NCBI GenBank assembly: GCA_963681965.1
Contig: OY820579.1
Location: 3,776,001-3,840,000 of the forward strand
Length of the DNA stretch: 64,000 bases
Source: a bacterium
GTDB taxonomy: Bacteria; Electryoneota; JAOADG01
Direction: 5' to 3'
Shown here in pieces: positions 40,293-51,506 of the stretch. The number at the start of each line of letters is the position of its first letter. Within the stretch, counting starts at the first letter, position 1. Below the pieces are notes generated by a model. That model searched no databases. It saw only the letters and a list, made by a program, of their open reading frames with translations, and had not been told where the DNA came from. The position numbers and the translations under genes are program-made.

Positions 40293-42302
40293 TCACTTCA
40301 TAAATATTATTTTCTGCGTCGCGGAATAATTACCGGCAATCATCTTCACGAAATAGACGCCGCTCGACAATCGGTACGGTTGCCAAATCACCCGCTGTGA
40401 GCCTGCCGGATAGACTTTGTCCGCTAACGTCGTCACTTCGCGACCGGCGAGGTCGTACACCTTCACCGTCACTCTGCCCGAACGCGGTATCGTAAACCGC
40501 ACCGTCGTTACCGGATTGAACGGATTCGGATAGGTCGACAGCGCATAGTCGTAGGGAAGTACCGGTTTGATCGGTTCTTTCACTCCGACATTGAAACCCT
40601 GCACCTTCAATGGTGGATAATCGGGATAGGTTAAAGTCGAATCCATCCGAATCTGATTCCGTGGGAAGCTCTGTACATACACCTGATTCAGCGTCCAATC
40701 ATTGGCACAGTTGGAACCGGAGAGCGGTCCATCGATCCAGGTCGAACCACCGGAACGATCGTCGAAATACATCACATACAGCGAATCGTTGTTGGTCACT
40801 TCCGGCAATGTCGGCCAGATTCGGCTGTGCGCACTGCCCGATGCGGCACCGGCATTCGGTGTGGTATCGGTAATCGGCGTCGGATAATACCACGTCATAC
40901 CGGTATCGGTAGAAACGGTCACCCAGACATTCCCGCAGGGGTAGCCATTGGCACTGGTATCGTCTTCGGCATACCGCGTGAATGCGCAATACAATTTGTC
41001 GTCGGTGGAAATCGAGAGCGAGGTTCGATCGATCGTCGTGCGATAATATTGATTGTAATAATTCGGTGCCGCAAACCACCAACCGTCGGCAACCACCGAG
41101 AAGGTGTCGGGATGCGCATCGGTCCAGTGGTAATAAAGCGTCGGGAAATAGTTACCGCGACTGATCGGCGGTGTACGCGGTCGCTGCGTCGTGTCGATCG
41201 TCATATCCTCGATCACGCGAATGCAGTTAAAGACGATGTGCAAATGATCCTGATTGTCATACACCATCGCGGCATCGTTCATGAACCGGAACGTGTCGCC
41301 GGCAGCCGCCAGCGTGTCGTCGTCGAGATTGAAGCGATCCCAGCTCCATCCGCGGAAGCGGGTAATGTTGTTGGTCGAATCGTCGAAATTCCATGTCGAG
41401 CCGCCATTGGTCGAACGTGCAATCCAGAGGTCGTTGCAATATTCGGTGATTTGGAAATTGCGCCATCCCGCTTGATCGACGTACGCATTCGGAATCATCG
41501 TCGACGGCCACGCAATCGCCACTTTATCCGATATGCGCGAAGATGCGAGAGCATAGGAGTGTTCGAACGAGCGGAACGCATACGACCACGCCTGCGAATT
41601 GTGGACACCGGTGTCGGAACGGGCATAGAACAGCCGGAAGTATCCGAGTGAACGCCCGCCGTCGCGATTTCGACCGATGAGATGCGCACGGTTTTGATGG
41701 TCGATCGTCATCATCGGCCAGTTGATCGAGTCGTTCGGGAGCGCTTCGGGATTCGGTACCGTTACACGCCGGAAGGCACTGAGTTGATAGTCGTCGTCGA
41801 CACCGATCAACGTCGGCGTCGATACCGGTGCTTCCACCGGATGGTGCGCCGCAACCACTGCTCGTCCGTCGGGAAGCAGATCGATCGAGGGGAAACCTGA
41901 ACCGGTACCGTTGAACACTACCGATGGGGTCGACCAGCCGCCATTCGGTTCGCGGTAATTGTAGGAGATCACTCGATCGCCATTTCCCGAAGCACGCGCA
42001 TTCATCCAAGTGACATGCATTCCGCCGAGTGTGTCGCGTTCGAGATAGCGATTGTGGGCACCACGGCTGAACCAGTCGAGCCACGTCGAACCGACTACCC
42101 ATGCGGTATTCAATTCATCGGTCGAACGCACCGGACCGACCACAGTCGGCGTGGTTTCAGGTAAATTGGTCGGAATTGCCGGTTCGTAATCCGGTCGCGC
42201 CAGCAGTCGGACATTGTCGGATTTCAACGGACGCAATGCAATCGCTGGAAATACCAGGATCCCAATCGTCAAGAGTACTACTATCAGAATTCCAAATTTC
42301 AT
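40293..42302 (-). CDS. Secreted Asp-box protein with T9SS-like CTD, paralog 1 (669 aa)
   Basis: Signal peptide MKFGILIVV after GGAGG RBS; STNGGSTW and STDTGMTW; YPNPFN...QKIIFMK. Confidence 0.85.
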   Translation of the reverse strand: MKFGILIVVLLTIGILVFPAIALRPLKSDNVRLLARPDYEPAIPTNLPETTPTVVGPVRSTDELNTAWVVGSTWLDWFSRGAHNRYLERDTLGGMHVTWMNARASGNGDRVISYNYREPNGGWSTPSVVFNGTGSGFPSIDLLPDGRAVVAAHHPVEAPVSTPTLIGVDDDYQLSAFRRVTVPNPEALPNDSINWPMMTIDHQNRAHLIGRNRDGGRSLGYFRLFYARSDTGVHNSQAWSYAFRSFEHSYALASSRISDKVAIAWPSTMIPNAYVDQAGWRNFQITEYCNDLWIARSTNGGSTWNFDDSTNNITRFRGWSWDRFNLDDDTLAAAGDTFRFMNDAAMVYDNQDHLHIVFNCIRVIEDMTIDTTQRPRTPPISRGNYFPTLYYHWTDAHPDTFSVVADGWWFAAPNYYNQYYRTTIDRTSLSISTDDKLYCAFTRYAEDDTSANGYPCGNVWVTVSTDTGMTWYYPTPITDTTPNAGAASGSAHSRIWPTLPEVTNNDSLYVMYFDDRSGGSTWIDGPLSGSNCANDWTLNQVYVQSFPRNQIRMDSTLTYPDYPPLKVQGFNVGVKEPIKPVLPYDYALSTYPNPFNPVTTVRFTIPRSGRVTVKVYDLAGREVTTLADKVYPAGSQRVIWQPYRLSSGVYFVKMIAGNYSATQKIIFMK

Positions 42303-42613
42303 TACCCCTCCACGGTCATCTGCTGAATATCGTATCTCGGAATGAATTCCGACTCCATCTGTGTCTTGTGGGCAGTACTGCCGATCTCCGAATCGGCGCT
42401 TTTTTTTATCTTTTGTTGATCCTTTTCTCTTTTCAATCTGAAATAACAAGAAAAAGACTACATGATGCCCGATCGGAGTTGGGCAGCAGTGCCGATCTGT
42501 TAACCAGCATTCCCGATTGTTTCATTATAATTCGTTGGAAACCAAAACTCAAGAAAAAAGTATCGGCGCAGACGAATTTTCACCTGCGCCGTGTAAGATA
42601 TTGAAACACCCGT

Positions 42614-44959
42614 CTATTTCAGGAACACAACTTTCTGAGTCGCAGTGTATCTACCGGCAGTCATCTTCACAAAATAGACGCCGCTCGATAGTCGCTCCGG
42701 ACGCCAAGTAATACGCTGCTCACCGGCATTGTAGACATCATCTGCCAGCGTCGCAATCTCCCGCCCGGCAATATCGTATACCTTCAGCGTCACCCGCTCG
42801 CGCTGTGGAAGCGCGAACTGGATCGTTGTAGTAGGGTTGAAGGGATTCGGAGCGGCAGAATACATCGCATATTCGTGTGGAAGATTGGTGTTCTGCTCCT
42901 CCACCTTCACCAAACCGACCAGATGATTGTAAGGCGTGATTTCAAATATATCCGGATTGGTCAATACCGATATCCGGAGTCGCAGCGTCTGTCCGATTAA
43001 TTCTTCAGGAATATTACACAGGCTAGAACCAGCCGAGATAAGTGGTGTAGCGATTCTACGCCATAAGATATCCGGATAATTGACGCAGATATCGATCGCA
43101 AGATGATTAGTATCGCTGAGATGATCGTAACCCCACTGTACCCAGAATGGATTACTTAATACTTCATCGAATAACGGATTGGTCATCCAAACGACAGGGG
43201 TATTGACATCATATTCATAATGTATCTTCAAGGACGGATACTCGGGATACTGCAAGGTGGAATCGCTGTGAATTGCGCTTCTGGCAACAGATTGTACATA
43301 CACTTGATTCAAAGTCCAGTCATTTTGAAGTGGTGAAGGGGTAGTGTTTCCATCGACCCAAGCCGAACCACCGGAGCGATCGTCGAAATACATGATGTAT
43401 AGCGAATCGTTGTCGATGGTTTCCGGCATCGATGGCCAGATCCGGCTGTGCGCATTTCCAGAAATCGCGCCAGCATTATTGGTGGTATCGGTAATCGGCG
43501 TCGGTCGATACCATGTTGCACCATTATCATTCGAGTGAGTCACCCAGACATTCCCGCACGCATACCCGTTAGCACTGGTGTCGATATGATTGATCGGATT
43601 TCCATACATCGTGTAGGCGCAATACAATTCATTGTTCGACGCAATCGATAAACTCATCCGGTCGATCGTTGTCCGGGTTTCCTGACGCCACCGTGGCGGT
43701 TGGCGATCGTCCCGTGCTGTCGGCCACCACCAGCCATCGGCGACGACCGTAAAGGTATCGGGATTCGCATCCGTCCAGTGATACAGTAACGTTGGCGTAA
43801 AACCAGTACGTTTGACTGCTGGGATACGTGGATTGACATTAATATTGACTGTATAATCCTCATACAACTGGCAGATATTGAAGACAATATGCAGATTGTC
43901 GTTATTGTCGTACAACATTGCGCTGGTATTGATAAACCGGAAGGTGTCACCCGCTGCCCAAAGGGTATCGTGGTTATGCGATAACGCAAATTTCTCCTGA
44001 TCCCAGATTCGGAATTTTGTGATGTTGTTGTGAAGTGTATCGTCGAAATTCCAGGTCGTACCGCCATCGGTAGATTGCGCGATCCAGAGATCGTTATTGT
44101 AATCTTGTACTAGAAATCCCCGCCATCCGGGTTGATCGGCATACCCATTGGGAATCGCGGTCTGTGCCCAGGCGACAGCGACTTTATTCGAGGTTCGCGA
44201 TGATGCCAGCGCTACTGCGGGATAATAAGTACGGATCGCATGTGTGAATGGAGTAAAATTACGCTGCATCGTATCGCTTCTGGTATAATAAAAGCGGTAA
44301 CTGGATTCATTGGAACTATTGTAGAAGCGTCGCGCCATGACATGCACGACATCGTTGCGGTCGACGACCAGACAAGGATTGTAAAAGGTATCTGCCCATT
44401 CATGCTCAGGTGTCGGGAGTATTTCGTACCGGAAGCGAGATTGTTGATAGCCGGTATCGATCGCAATCAACGAGGCATATCCTGATATTGGCGAAACTGC
44501 AGGTACCGACTGATGTGCGCTAAGAACAGCTTTGCCATCGGAGAGAATTTCCTGCTGATTGTATCCGGCTCCATTGTCAAACACCTGCGTGGGAGTCGAC
44601 CAACTACCATTCGGAGCGCGGTAGCAATAATTCACAATGCGATTACCTAGCGGATTCCGATGATTCATCCAACTCGCATGAAGACCACCGGCACTGTCTC
44701 GCTGCAGAAACCGATTATGCGAACCATGAGAAAAGAAATCGGTATAGGTCGCACCGATTTGCCAGGTCTCATTCAATTCATCCGTAGCGCGGATCGGTCC
44801 CACTGCCGGTTCCGCGGGCATCGGCTGCGACGGAGTGCGTGCTTCATCGATCATCTGCGGCGCTGCCGGAAGTGCGGGATTGACCGTTTCGACAGTTCGG
44901 ATTGCCAATACTGCAGTGGCAATTATTCCCATCAAGATTGTTACGAGTAACCTTCTCAT
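42614..44959 (-). CDS. Secreted Asp-box protein with T9SS-like CTD, paralog 2 (781 aa)
   Basis: Start MRRLLVT after GGAGG; same core as paralog 1; PNPFN CTD. Confidence 0.85.
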   Translation of the reverse strand: MRRLLVTILMGIIATAVLAIRTVETVNPALPAAPQMIDEARTPSQPMPAEPAVGPIRATDELNETWQIGATYTDFFSHGSHNRFLQRDSAGGLHASWMNHRNPLGNRIVNYCYRAPNGSWSTPTQVFDNGAGYNQQEILSDGKAVLSAHQSVPAVSPISGYASLIAIDTGYQQSRFRYEILPTPEHEWADTFYNPCLVVDRNDVVHVMARRFYNSSNESSYRFYYTRSDTMQRNFTPFTHAIRTYYPAVALASSRTSNKVAVAWAQTAIPNGYADQPGWRGFLVQDYNNDLWIAQSTDGGTTWNFDDTLHNNITKFRIWDQEKFALSHNHDTLWAAGDTFRFINTSAMLYDNNDNLHIVFNICQLYEDYTVNINVNPRIPAVKRTGFTPTLLYHWTDANPDTFTVVADGWWWPTARDDRQPPRWRQETRTTIDRMSLSIASNNELYCAYTMYGNPINHIDTSANGYACGNVWVTHSNDNGATWYRPTPITDTTNNAGAISGNAHSRIWPSMPETIDNDSLYIMYFDDRSGGSAWVDGNTTPSPLQNDWTLNQVYVQSVARSAIHSDSTLQYPEYPSLKIHYEYDVNTPVVWMTNPLFDEVLSNPFWVQWGYDHLSDTNHLAIDICVNYPDILWRRIATPLISAGSSLCNIPEELIGQTLRLRISVLTNPDIFEITPYNHLVGLVKVEEQNTNLPHEYAMYSAAPNPFNPTTTIQFALPQRERVTLKVYDIAGREIATLADDVYNAGEQRITWRPERLSSGVYFVKMTAGRYTATQKVVFLK

Positions 44960-44999
44960 ACCGGTACCCTCCGTCGATTTCTTCAGTTCATCGACTTCT

Positions 45000-45333
45000 G
45001 TATGTCGGAATTTATTCCGACACTTTTTTTTGATGGTAGGGGCGGTTCGCGAACCGCCCGTGTCCTTCATTTTCACCACCAATTATATCTCTCACCCATT
45101 CCTATCCTGTTGGTGGCGCAGACCTTCGAGCCTGCGATCGTAGGGGCGAACCACAAAGTGCTCGCTGAAGGCAATCGCATTCGCCTCTATGTGATCAAGA
45201 TGCACAATCTGATAAAGAGGAGATTGCTTCGTCATTCCACTTCGGAAGTGCTACGCACGTTCCTACGTTTCATTCCTCGCAACGACAAATCAAGATACAA
45301 GATTCGGGAGGCCGCGGAGGGCCTCCCCTACTA
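45000..45333. repeat. REP cluster; the first ~140 bp is duplicated at 48044-48182
   Basis: GTATGTCGGAATTTATTCCGAC...GTAGGGGCGGTTCGCGAACCGCCC...GGTGGCGCAGACC; near-identical at both sites. Confidence 0.85.
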
Positions 45334-45339
45334 CAAGAA

Positions 45340-47973
45340 TCATTTCATGAACACGACTTTCTGCGTTGCAGAGTATCTGCCGGCAGTCATCTTCACAAAA
45401 TAAACACCACTCGACAACCGGTATGGACGCCAGGTGATGCGCTGCTCGCCGGCATTGTAGATGTTGTCCGCCAGCGTCGCAATCTCCCTCCCGGCAATAT
45501 CGTACGCCTTCACCGTCACCCGCTCGCGGAACGGAATCGCGAACCGGATCGTCGTATACGGATTGAATGGATTCGGCGATGCCGGTGATAACCGATAGGA
45601 TGTCAGCAACTGAGTGTGTGGCTCCTTCACATCCGATACCAATCGCAAATTCACCGGACTCAGGTCGTACAATTCAACATTGTTCAATATTGAAATTCGG
45701 ATCCGAGCCGTGCTCGTCGTAAGCAGCGAGTCGCGGTACCAGACAAGCGAATCGCGATGAATCGGCACGACGCTGACGGTACTCCAATTCCCCACTGGGA
45801 AGTCGCGATTCAAGTCAACCCGGATATGACTGGTATCGAAAATCATCAGATGCGAATAATCGTACCAATCCCATTTCAACGTGATCGGATTCTGCAAACA
45901 TGCATCCGAATTGGTCAGGAGACGGAGCATAATCAACGACGAATCGCGGGGAATGATATCATTCGCTAGAATGCTGAAGATTTCTGGAAATTCACCAAGC
46001 GATATTTTGAATTTCAGCCGCTTGAGATTGACGTCGCGATCGAATGTCCAGTTAAATCCACCCGCACTCACCGGAGCAAAACCGATCGGTTCCCAATCGC
46101 CATAAGGATAATTCCGATTGAATTGAATCTCGACCATTGCTGCCGTATCGACATTTTGTACAGTCCATTGAATCCGGGCAGGATTACCGACATACCCTCG
46201 CGTATTCGGTATCACCAACTGCATTTGCGGATTCCGGTAGCTGACGTGTAGCGGTGGAAAAGTCGGGTACCGGAGGGTAGAATCGCTCCGAACACGATCG
46301 CGACTAAATGTTTGAACGTAGACCCGATTCTGTGTCCAATCAGTTCGGAGTACCGAACCGGAATCCATCCCATCGATCATCGCCGATCCACCGGAGCGAT
46401 CGTCAAAATACATAATGTAGAGCGAATCGTTGTCGACGACTTCCGGCATCGACGGCCAGATGTAACTGTTTGCGAATCCAGATGTCGCACCAGCGTTATT
46501 GGTCGTATCGGAAACAGGAGTGGGATAAAACCAGGACAATCCATTGTCGACGGAGTGTGTCACCCAAACGTTGCCGCAGGGATAGCCGTTGGCACTGGTA
46601 TCGATCGGATTCCGGGGATTCCCGTAGCGGGTGAAGACGCAGTACAATTCGTTATTCGTCGCAATCGACAGACTGAATCGATCAATGGTCGTGCGGTATT
46701 GTTGCAACCAACGGGGCGATGTGCGGTCATCGACCGGTGCTGGATACCACCAGCCATCGGCGACGACGGAGTAATTATACGGAGACGCATCGGTCCAGTG
46801 GTAGAGCAAAGTTGGTGAATAACCGATACGACCTACCGGAGGCGTGTGTTGTCCTGCCGTGTCGATGGTGTAATCTTCGAACAATTGACAGACATTGAAT
46901 ATTACATGCAGATGGTCGTAATTGTCATACACCATTGCTGCAATATTGACGAAGCGCAAGGTATCACCGGCAGCACCTAGTATATCGCGATTGCCGCTAG
47001 CATTGAAGCGCTGCCAGCTCCAATTTCGGAATTGCGTGATGTTATTGCGGGGATCGTCAAAATTCCAAGTCGTCCCGCCATCAGTCGACTGTGCCACCCA
47101 AAGATCGTTGTTATAACTCTGGGCGAGCGTGCCATTCCAACCACCTGGAGTCGTGTATCCATTCGGGATCACTGTCTGTGCCCAGGCGACCGCTACTTTA
47201 TTGGAGATCCGCGAAGTGGCAACAGCATACGACGGCTGAAATGAACGGAATGCGTAACTAAAATTCTGCGGATTAGTTTGATTGGAATCCGTCCGAGAAT
47301 AAAAAACTCGATAGTATGGGATATTTCTCCCGCCATCCAAATCGCGGGAGAAAATGTGTACCCTATTTCGTCGATCGACGGTACCCGAAGGAAACTCGAA
47401 AGTATCGAGTGGTAACGAAATTGGATTCGGCACAATTTCTCTACGAAAACCACAAATTTGATAATCTTCATCGATACCAATGACGCTTCGGTACCCTGAA
47501 TGGATTGGTTCATGTGCCAATACCACCGCTCGACCATCCCGTAAGCACTCCTGCTGGTTGAAGCCGGCACCAAGAGAAAATACCGATGAATTAGTCCCCC
47601 ACCATGCACCACCCCAAGGTTCTCGGAAAGTATAGGAAACAATACGGTCATTAGCATTGTTTGGGATTCGATAGTTCATCCAGGAAATATGCAGTCCACC
47701 CATTGTATCACGCTCGATGAAGCGATTGTGCGAGCCGTACGAGAAGAAGTCGGCATAGGTCGAGCCAACCTGCCAGATGGAATTGATTTCATCGGTTGCT
47801 GCTATGGGACCAACCGGTAAAGGAGTTTGTGCAGGAGATTCACTAGTCGATGTCGCTTCCGATAGTTGCAATGCCGGTGCCCGCAGTGCCGGATTTACGC
47901 GCGGAATTGGTCGAAGCGCAAAACCGGTAGTTGCGACTGCAATCAGGAGCAATATTGAAATTATCAATTTCAT
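45340..47973 (-). CDS. Secreted Asp-box protein with T9SS-like CTD, paralog 3 (877 aa)
   Basis: Start MKLIISILL after GGAGG; same core; CTD. Confidence 0.85.
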   Translation of the reverse strand: MKLIISILLLIAVATTGFALRPIPRVNPALRAPALQLSEATSTSESPAQTPLPVGPIAATDEINSIWQVGSTYADFFSYGSHNRFIERDTMGGLHISWMNYRIPNNANDRIVSYTFREPWGGAWWGTNSSVFSLGAGFNQQECLRDGRAVVLAHEPIHSGYRSVIGIDEDYQICGFRREIVPNPISLPLDTFEFPSGTVDRRNRVHIFSRDLDGGRNIPYYRVFYSRTDSNQTNPQNFSYAFRSFQPSYAVATSRISNKVAVAWAQTVIPNGYTTPGGWNGTLAQSYNNDLWVAQSTDGGTTWNFDDPRNNITQFRNWSWQRFNASGNRDILGAAGDTLRFVNIAAMVYDNYDHLHVIFNVCQLFEDYTIDTAGQHTPPVGRIGYSPTLLYHWTDASPYNYSVVADGWWYPAPVDDRTSPRWLQQYRTTIDRFSLSIATNNELYCVFTRYGNPRNPIDTSANGYPCGNVWVTHSVDNGLSWFYPTPVSDTTNNAGATSGFANSYIWPSMPEVVDNDSLYIMYFDDRSGGSAMIDGMDSGSVLRTDWTQNRVYVQTFSRDRVRSDSTLRYPTFPPLHVSYRNPQMQLVIPNTRGYVGNPARIQWTVQNVDTAAMVEIQFNRNYPYGDWEPIGFAPVSAGGFNWTFDRDVNLKRLKFKISLGEFPEIFSILANDIIPRDSSLIMLRLLTNSDACLQNPITLKWDWYDYSHLMIFDTSHIRVDLNRDFPVGNWSTVSVVPIHRDSLVWYRDSLLTTSTARIRISILNNVELYDLSPVNLRLVSDVKEPHTQLLTSYRLSPASPNPFNPYTTIRFAIPFRERVTVKAYDIAGREIATLADNIYNAGEQRITWRPYRLSSGVYFVKMTAGRYSATQKVVFMK

Positions 47974-48043
47974 GGCGCACCTCCATCGCACGTACGTCCA
48001 ACAATATACCGGTTTTTCGATCGAATGTTCAGCATTTATTTCC

Positions 48044-48231
48044 GTATGTCGGAATTTATTCCGACTCTTTTTTTTGATGGTAGGGGCGGTTCGCGAACCG
48101 CCCGTGTCCTTCATTTTCACCACCAATTATATCTCTCACCCATTCCTATCCTGTTGGTGGCGCAGACCTCCGAGCCTGCGATCCTCTTGAGTCCAAAGAA
48201 CACAGGCGGACACGGGGGTCCGCCCCTACTA
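48044..48231. repeat. REP cluster (direct repeat of 45000-45140)
   Basis: Near-identical sequence including the non-palindromic linkers. Confidence 0.85.
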
Positions 48232-48237
48232 CAAGAA

Positions 48238-50916
48238 TCATTTCATGAAGACAACTTTCTGCGTCGCAGAGTATCTGCCGGCAGTCATCTTCACAAAATA
48301 GACACCACTCGACAACCGGTACGGACGCCAGGTGATGCGCTGCTCGCCGGCATTGTAGATGTTGTCCGCCAGCGTCGCAATTTCCCGACCGGCAATATCG
48401 TATACCTTCACCGTCACTCGCTCGCGGAATGGAATCGCGAACCGGATCGTCGTATACGGATTGAACGGATTCGGATATGCCGGATGCAGCGAATATTGCG
48501 AAATCACCGGATTCACCGGATCGTTCACACCGGCAACGATATAGTACAAGTGCTGCGATACATCACTCAGCGTCGGATCGCGCAACAATGAAATCCGGAA
48601 CCGGACATTGGCATTTTCAAACGACGGATCCCAGCGCCACTGCACCGTATCGTTCGTGATCGGCACATCCCGCAAGATCGTCCATGCCCCATCTGGAAAA
48701 TTACGATTCACTTCGATCCGCACCGAATCGGTATTGCGAATTCGAGTACCCGCCACATCGAAATAGTCCCACTGCAATATAATCGGATTGGTCAGATACA
48801 GTGCCGTCGGAGATACCAGTCGCAACGTCTGCAGCAGCGAGTCGCGCGGCGCATTATCGTCCGACAAGACATCGACGACAGTGGGATTCGATGCCAGTGA
48901 AATGCGGAACCGCATGCGCAACAAATTGTACTCTTCCTCGAACGTCCAATTGTATGTTCGGGTAGTGATCGGCACGTTATCGATCAACTCCCAGGCACCA
49001 TCGGGATAATCGCGGTTCAATTCGATATTGACTCGCGCCGTTGAATCGATTTGCCGGAACAACCAATTGAATTGGATTGGATTATCGAGATACAATCCCG
49101 CCGTCGGTGCAGTCAATCGCAGGATCGGCGCATTCGGATCGAATCGGTAGCTGCAGCGTAATCCCGGATAGTCGGGATAGTGCAAGGTGCTGTCGGTGCG
49201 AATCGCACTGCGTGCCACCGTTTGCACATACACTTGATTCAGCGTCCAATCGTTGGTGATGGTCGAACCATCCTGACCGCCATCGACCCACGCCGACCCA
49301 CCGGAGCGATCGTCGAAATACATGATGTAGAGCGAATCGTTGTCGATGGTTTCCGGCAGCGACGGCCAGATCCGGCTGTGTGCCGTGCCGGATGCGGCAC
49401 CGCGATTGTTCGTCGTATCGGTGATCGGAGTCGGATGATACCAGGTCGTACCGTTATCGACCGAATGCGTCACCCAGACATTCCCGCAGGGATACCCGTT
49501 GGCACTGGTGTCGATATGACTGACCGGATTGCCATACATCGTGTAGGCACAATACAATTCGTTGTCCGTTGCAACCGAAATACTCATCCTGTCGATCGTC
49601 GTTCGAAATTCCTGTCGCCACCGCGGCGGCGTGCGGTTATCCAACGTGACCGGCCACCACCAGCCATCGGCAACCACACTGAACGTATCGGGATGAGCAT
49701 CCGTCCAGTGATACAGAAATGTCGGCATCAAGCCTACCCGTTTCACTGGCGGGACGCGCGGACGAATACCGGCGGTATCCACCGTCAAATCTTCGACAAA
49801 CCGGCAGACATTGAAAATGATGTGAAGATTGTCGTTGTTGTCGTAAACCATCGCACTGGTATTGATGAACCGGAACGTGTCGCCGGCTGCCCAGAGCGTA
49901 TCCAGATGATCGGATTGCGCGAATCGTTCCTCACTCCAGACCCGGAATTTGGTGATGTTGTTGTGCACTGCATCGTCGAAATTCCACGATGCACCGCCGT
50001 CCGTCGATTGGGCAATCCAGAGATCGTTGTTGTATTCGGAAACTAAAAATCCCGTCCAACCGTGAAGATCGGTATATCCGTCCGGGATGGCGGTTTGCGG
50101 CCAGGACACTGCGACTTTATTCGATATCCGCGATGCCGCCAGCGCATACGATGGCTGGAAGCAGCGAAACGCATACGAGAAATTCGTCGGATTTCCCTGC
50201 ATATTGTCGGTACGCGAATAGAATACCCGATTGTAGGGAATATTCCTGCCGCCATCCTTATCGCGTGCGAAGACGTGCACGACGTCGTTGCGATCGACAG
50301 CGATACTCGGCCAGTTGATCGAATCGGTGGGTAACGTCGTTGGATTGGGAATATTCGCCAAAAAGAATCCAGCAGCCTGATAATCGCAATCGGAGGCAAC
50401 TGTCGAGACATAGCCACCGGGACGAGTTGCCGTCGCCGCGACGGAGTGATGCGCGCCGATCACAGCAATTCCTGAAGAGAGGATCTCCATCTGATTGAAT
50501 CCGGCGCCGAGATCGATCGCGGATCCATAATTCCACCAGATCGGTGTATCGGAAGTATCATAAGCTGCATAGTTGACAGTTCGTGCGCCGTTAGCCGACT
50601 GATGATTCATCCACGACGCATGCATTCCGCCGAGCGCATCGCGCTGCAGAAAACGATTGTATGCGCCGTAAGAGAAGAAGTCGGTAAAGGTGGTACCGAT
50701 CTGATACAGACAATCCACTTCATCGGTCGAGCGCACCGGTCCAACTTGCGACGGAGTGATCGGGAGAATGAGTGGGGTTGGAGGTTCTTGAGTTACTTGT
50801 CGGGAATAAATAGACACGGTTGGATCGCCCGGTGCCACCGGTCGAATGGCAAATGCGACGAATATCGCACAAAGCACCAGCGAAACCGTAAAGAGCAAGC
50901 GAAGTTGCGGTTTCAT
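48238..50916 (-). CDS. Secreted Asp-box protein with T9SS-like CTD, paralog 4 (892 aa)
   Basis: Signal peptide, AAGGAG RBS, same core, CTD. Confidence 0.87.
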   Translation of the reverse strand: MKPQLRLLFTVSLVLCAIFVAFAIRPVAPGDPTVSIYSRQVTQEPPTPLILPITPSQVGPVRSTDEVDCLYQIGTTFTDFFSYGAYNRFLQRDALGGMHASWMNHQSANGARTVNYAAYDTSDTPIWWNYGSAIDLGAGFNQMEILSSGIAVIGAHHSVAATATRPGGYVSTVASDCDYQAAGFFLANIPNPTTLPTDSINWPSIAVDRNDVVHVFARDKDGGRNIPYNRVFYSRTDNMQGNPTNFSYAFRCFQPSYALAASRISNKVAVSWPQTAIPDGYTDLHGWTGFLVSEYNNDLWIAQSTDGGASWNFDDAVHNNITKFRVWSEERFAQSDHLDTLWAAGDTFRFINTSAMVYDNNDNLHIIFNVCRFVEDLTVDTAGIRPRVPPVKRVGLMPTFLYHWTDAHPDTFSVVADGWWWPVTLDNRTPPRWRQEFRTTIDRMSISVATDNELYCAYTMYGNPVSHIDTSANGYPCGNVWVTHSVDNGTTWYHPTPITDTTNNRGAASGTAHSRIWPSLPETIDNDSLYIMYFDDRSGGSAWVDGGQDGSTITNDWTLNQVYVQTVARSAIRTDSTLHYPDYPGLRCSYRFDPNAPILRLTAPTAGLYLDNPIQFNWLFRQIDSTARVNIELNRDYPDGAWELIDNVPITTRTYNWTFEEEYNLLRMRFRISLASNPTVVDVLSDDNAPRDSLLQTLRLVSPTALYLTNPIILQWDYFDVAGTRIRNTDSVRIEVNRNFPDGAWTILRDVPITNDTVQWRWDPSFENANVRFRISLLRDPTLSDVSQHLYYIVAGVNDPVNPVISQYSLHPAYPNPFNPYTTIRFAIPFRERVTVKVYDIAGREIATLADNIYNAGEQRITWRPYRLSSGVYFVKMTAGRYSATQKVVFMK

Positions 50917-51160
50917 GATAACTCCTTTCGGGAATATTCAAAGTGAGCTTATTTTTGAGCTATCGTTAGTTATATAGTACAAAAGCCGGCAGGAAATAAC
51001 AATTGAAAATATGAATTCCGATTTTTTTCGGTATGATCTACGCACACGGCAAAACAGTTAATTCTTATTTTTCAGGTATTTAGTTATTCTATAAGTTGAT
51101 AGAATACTATTTTAAATATTAATAGATTATAATCGCGGCAATCATCTTTTTCGATCATTT

Positions 51161-51473
51161 GTAGCCGCAGGCTTCAGCCTGCGATTTTTTCTTGATTTTT
51201 TTATCCTGCAGTAGGGGCGGGCTCCCACGCCCGCCCGTTCTTGCATCTTTCTGTATCCAGATTTGTAGTTGCGAACGAAGTCAGCCGTTTCGGCTGACGA
51301 AGTGTGGAAACCTCCTCTTTTTAGTAGGGGCGGGCTCCCACGCCCGCCCGATCATTTTTTTAGACACAAGAGGAGTCGGAATAAATTCCGACCTACGGAA
51401 AAGATATGTGGTGGGTGATAGGGATTAGGAAAAGACGAAAAGATACCAGATCGGGCGGGCATGGGAGCCCTAC
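51161..51473. repeat. REP cluster (direct repeat with 54075-54295)
   Basis: GTAGCCGCAGGCTTCAGCCTGCG-linker-GTAGGGGCGGGCTCCCACGCCCGCCCG, GACACAAGAGGAGTCGGAATAAATTCCGACCTAC. Confidence 0.85.
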
Positions 51474-51506
51474 CCAACTGTCTACATTCATCGAAATCGC
51501 TGTCAA

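Noticed and set aside
44960-48126. Shared N-terminal extension MVVKMKDTGGSRTAPT on paralogs 2 and 3
   Set aside because: This is ORF-caller extension into the duplicated REP cluster; RBS plus signal peptide starts lie at 44959 and 47973.
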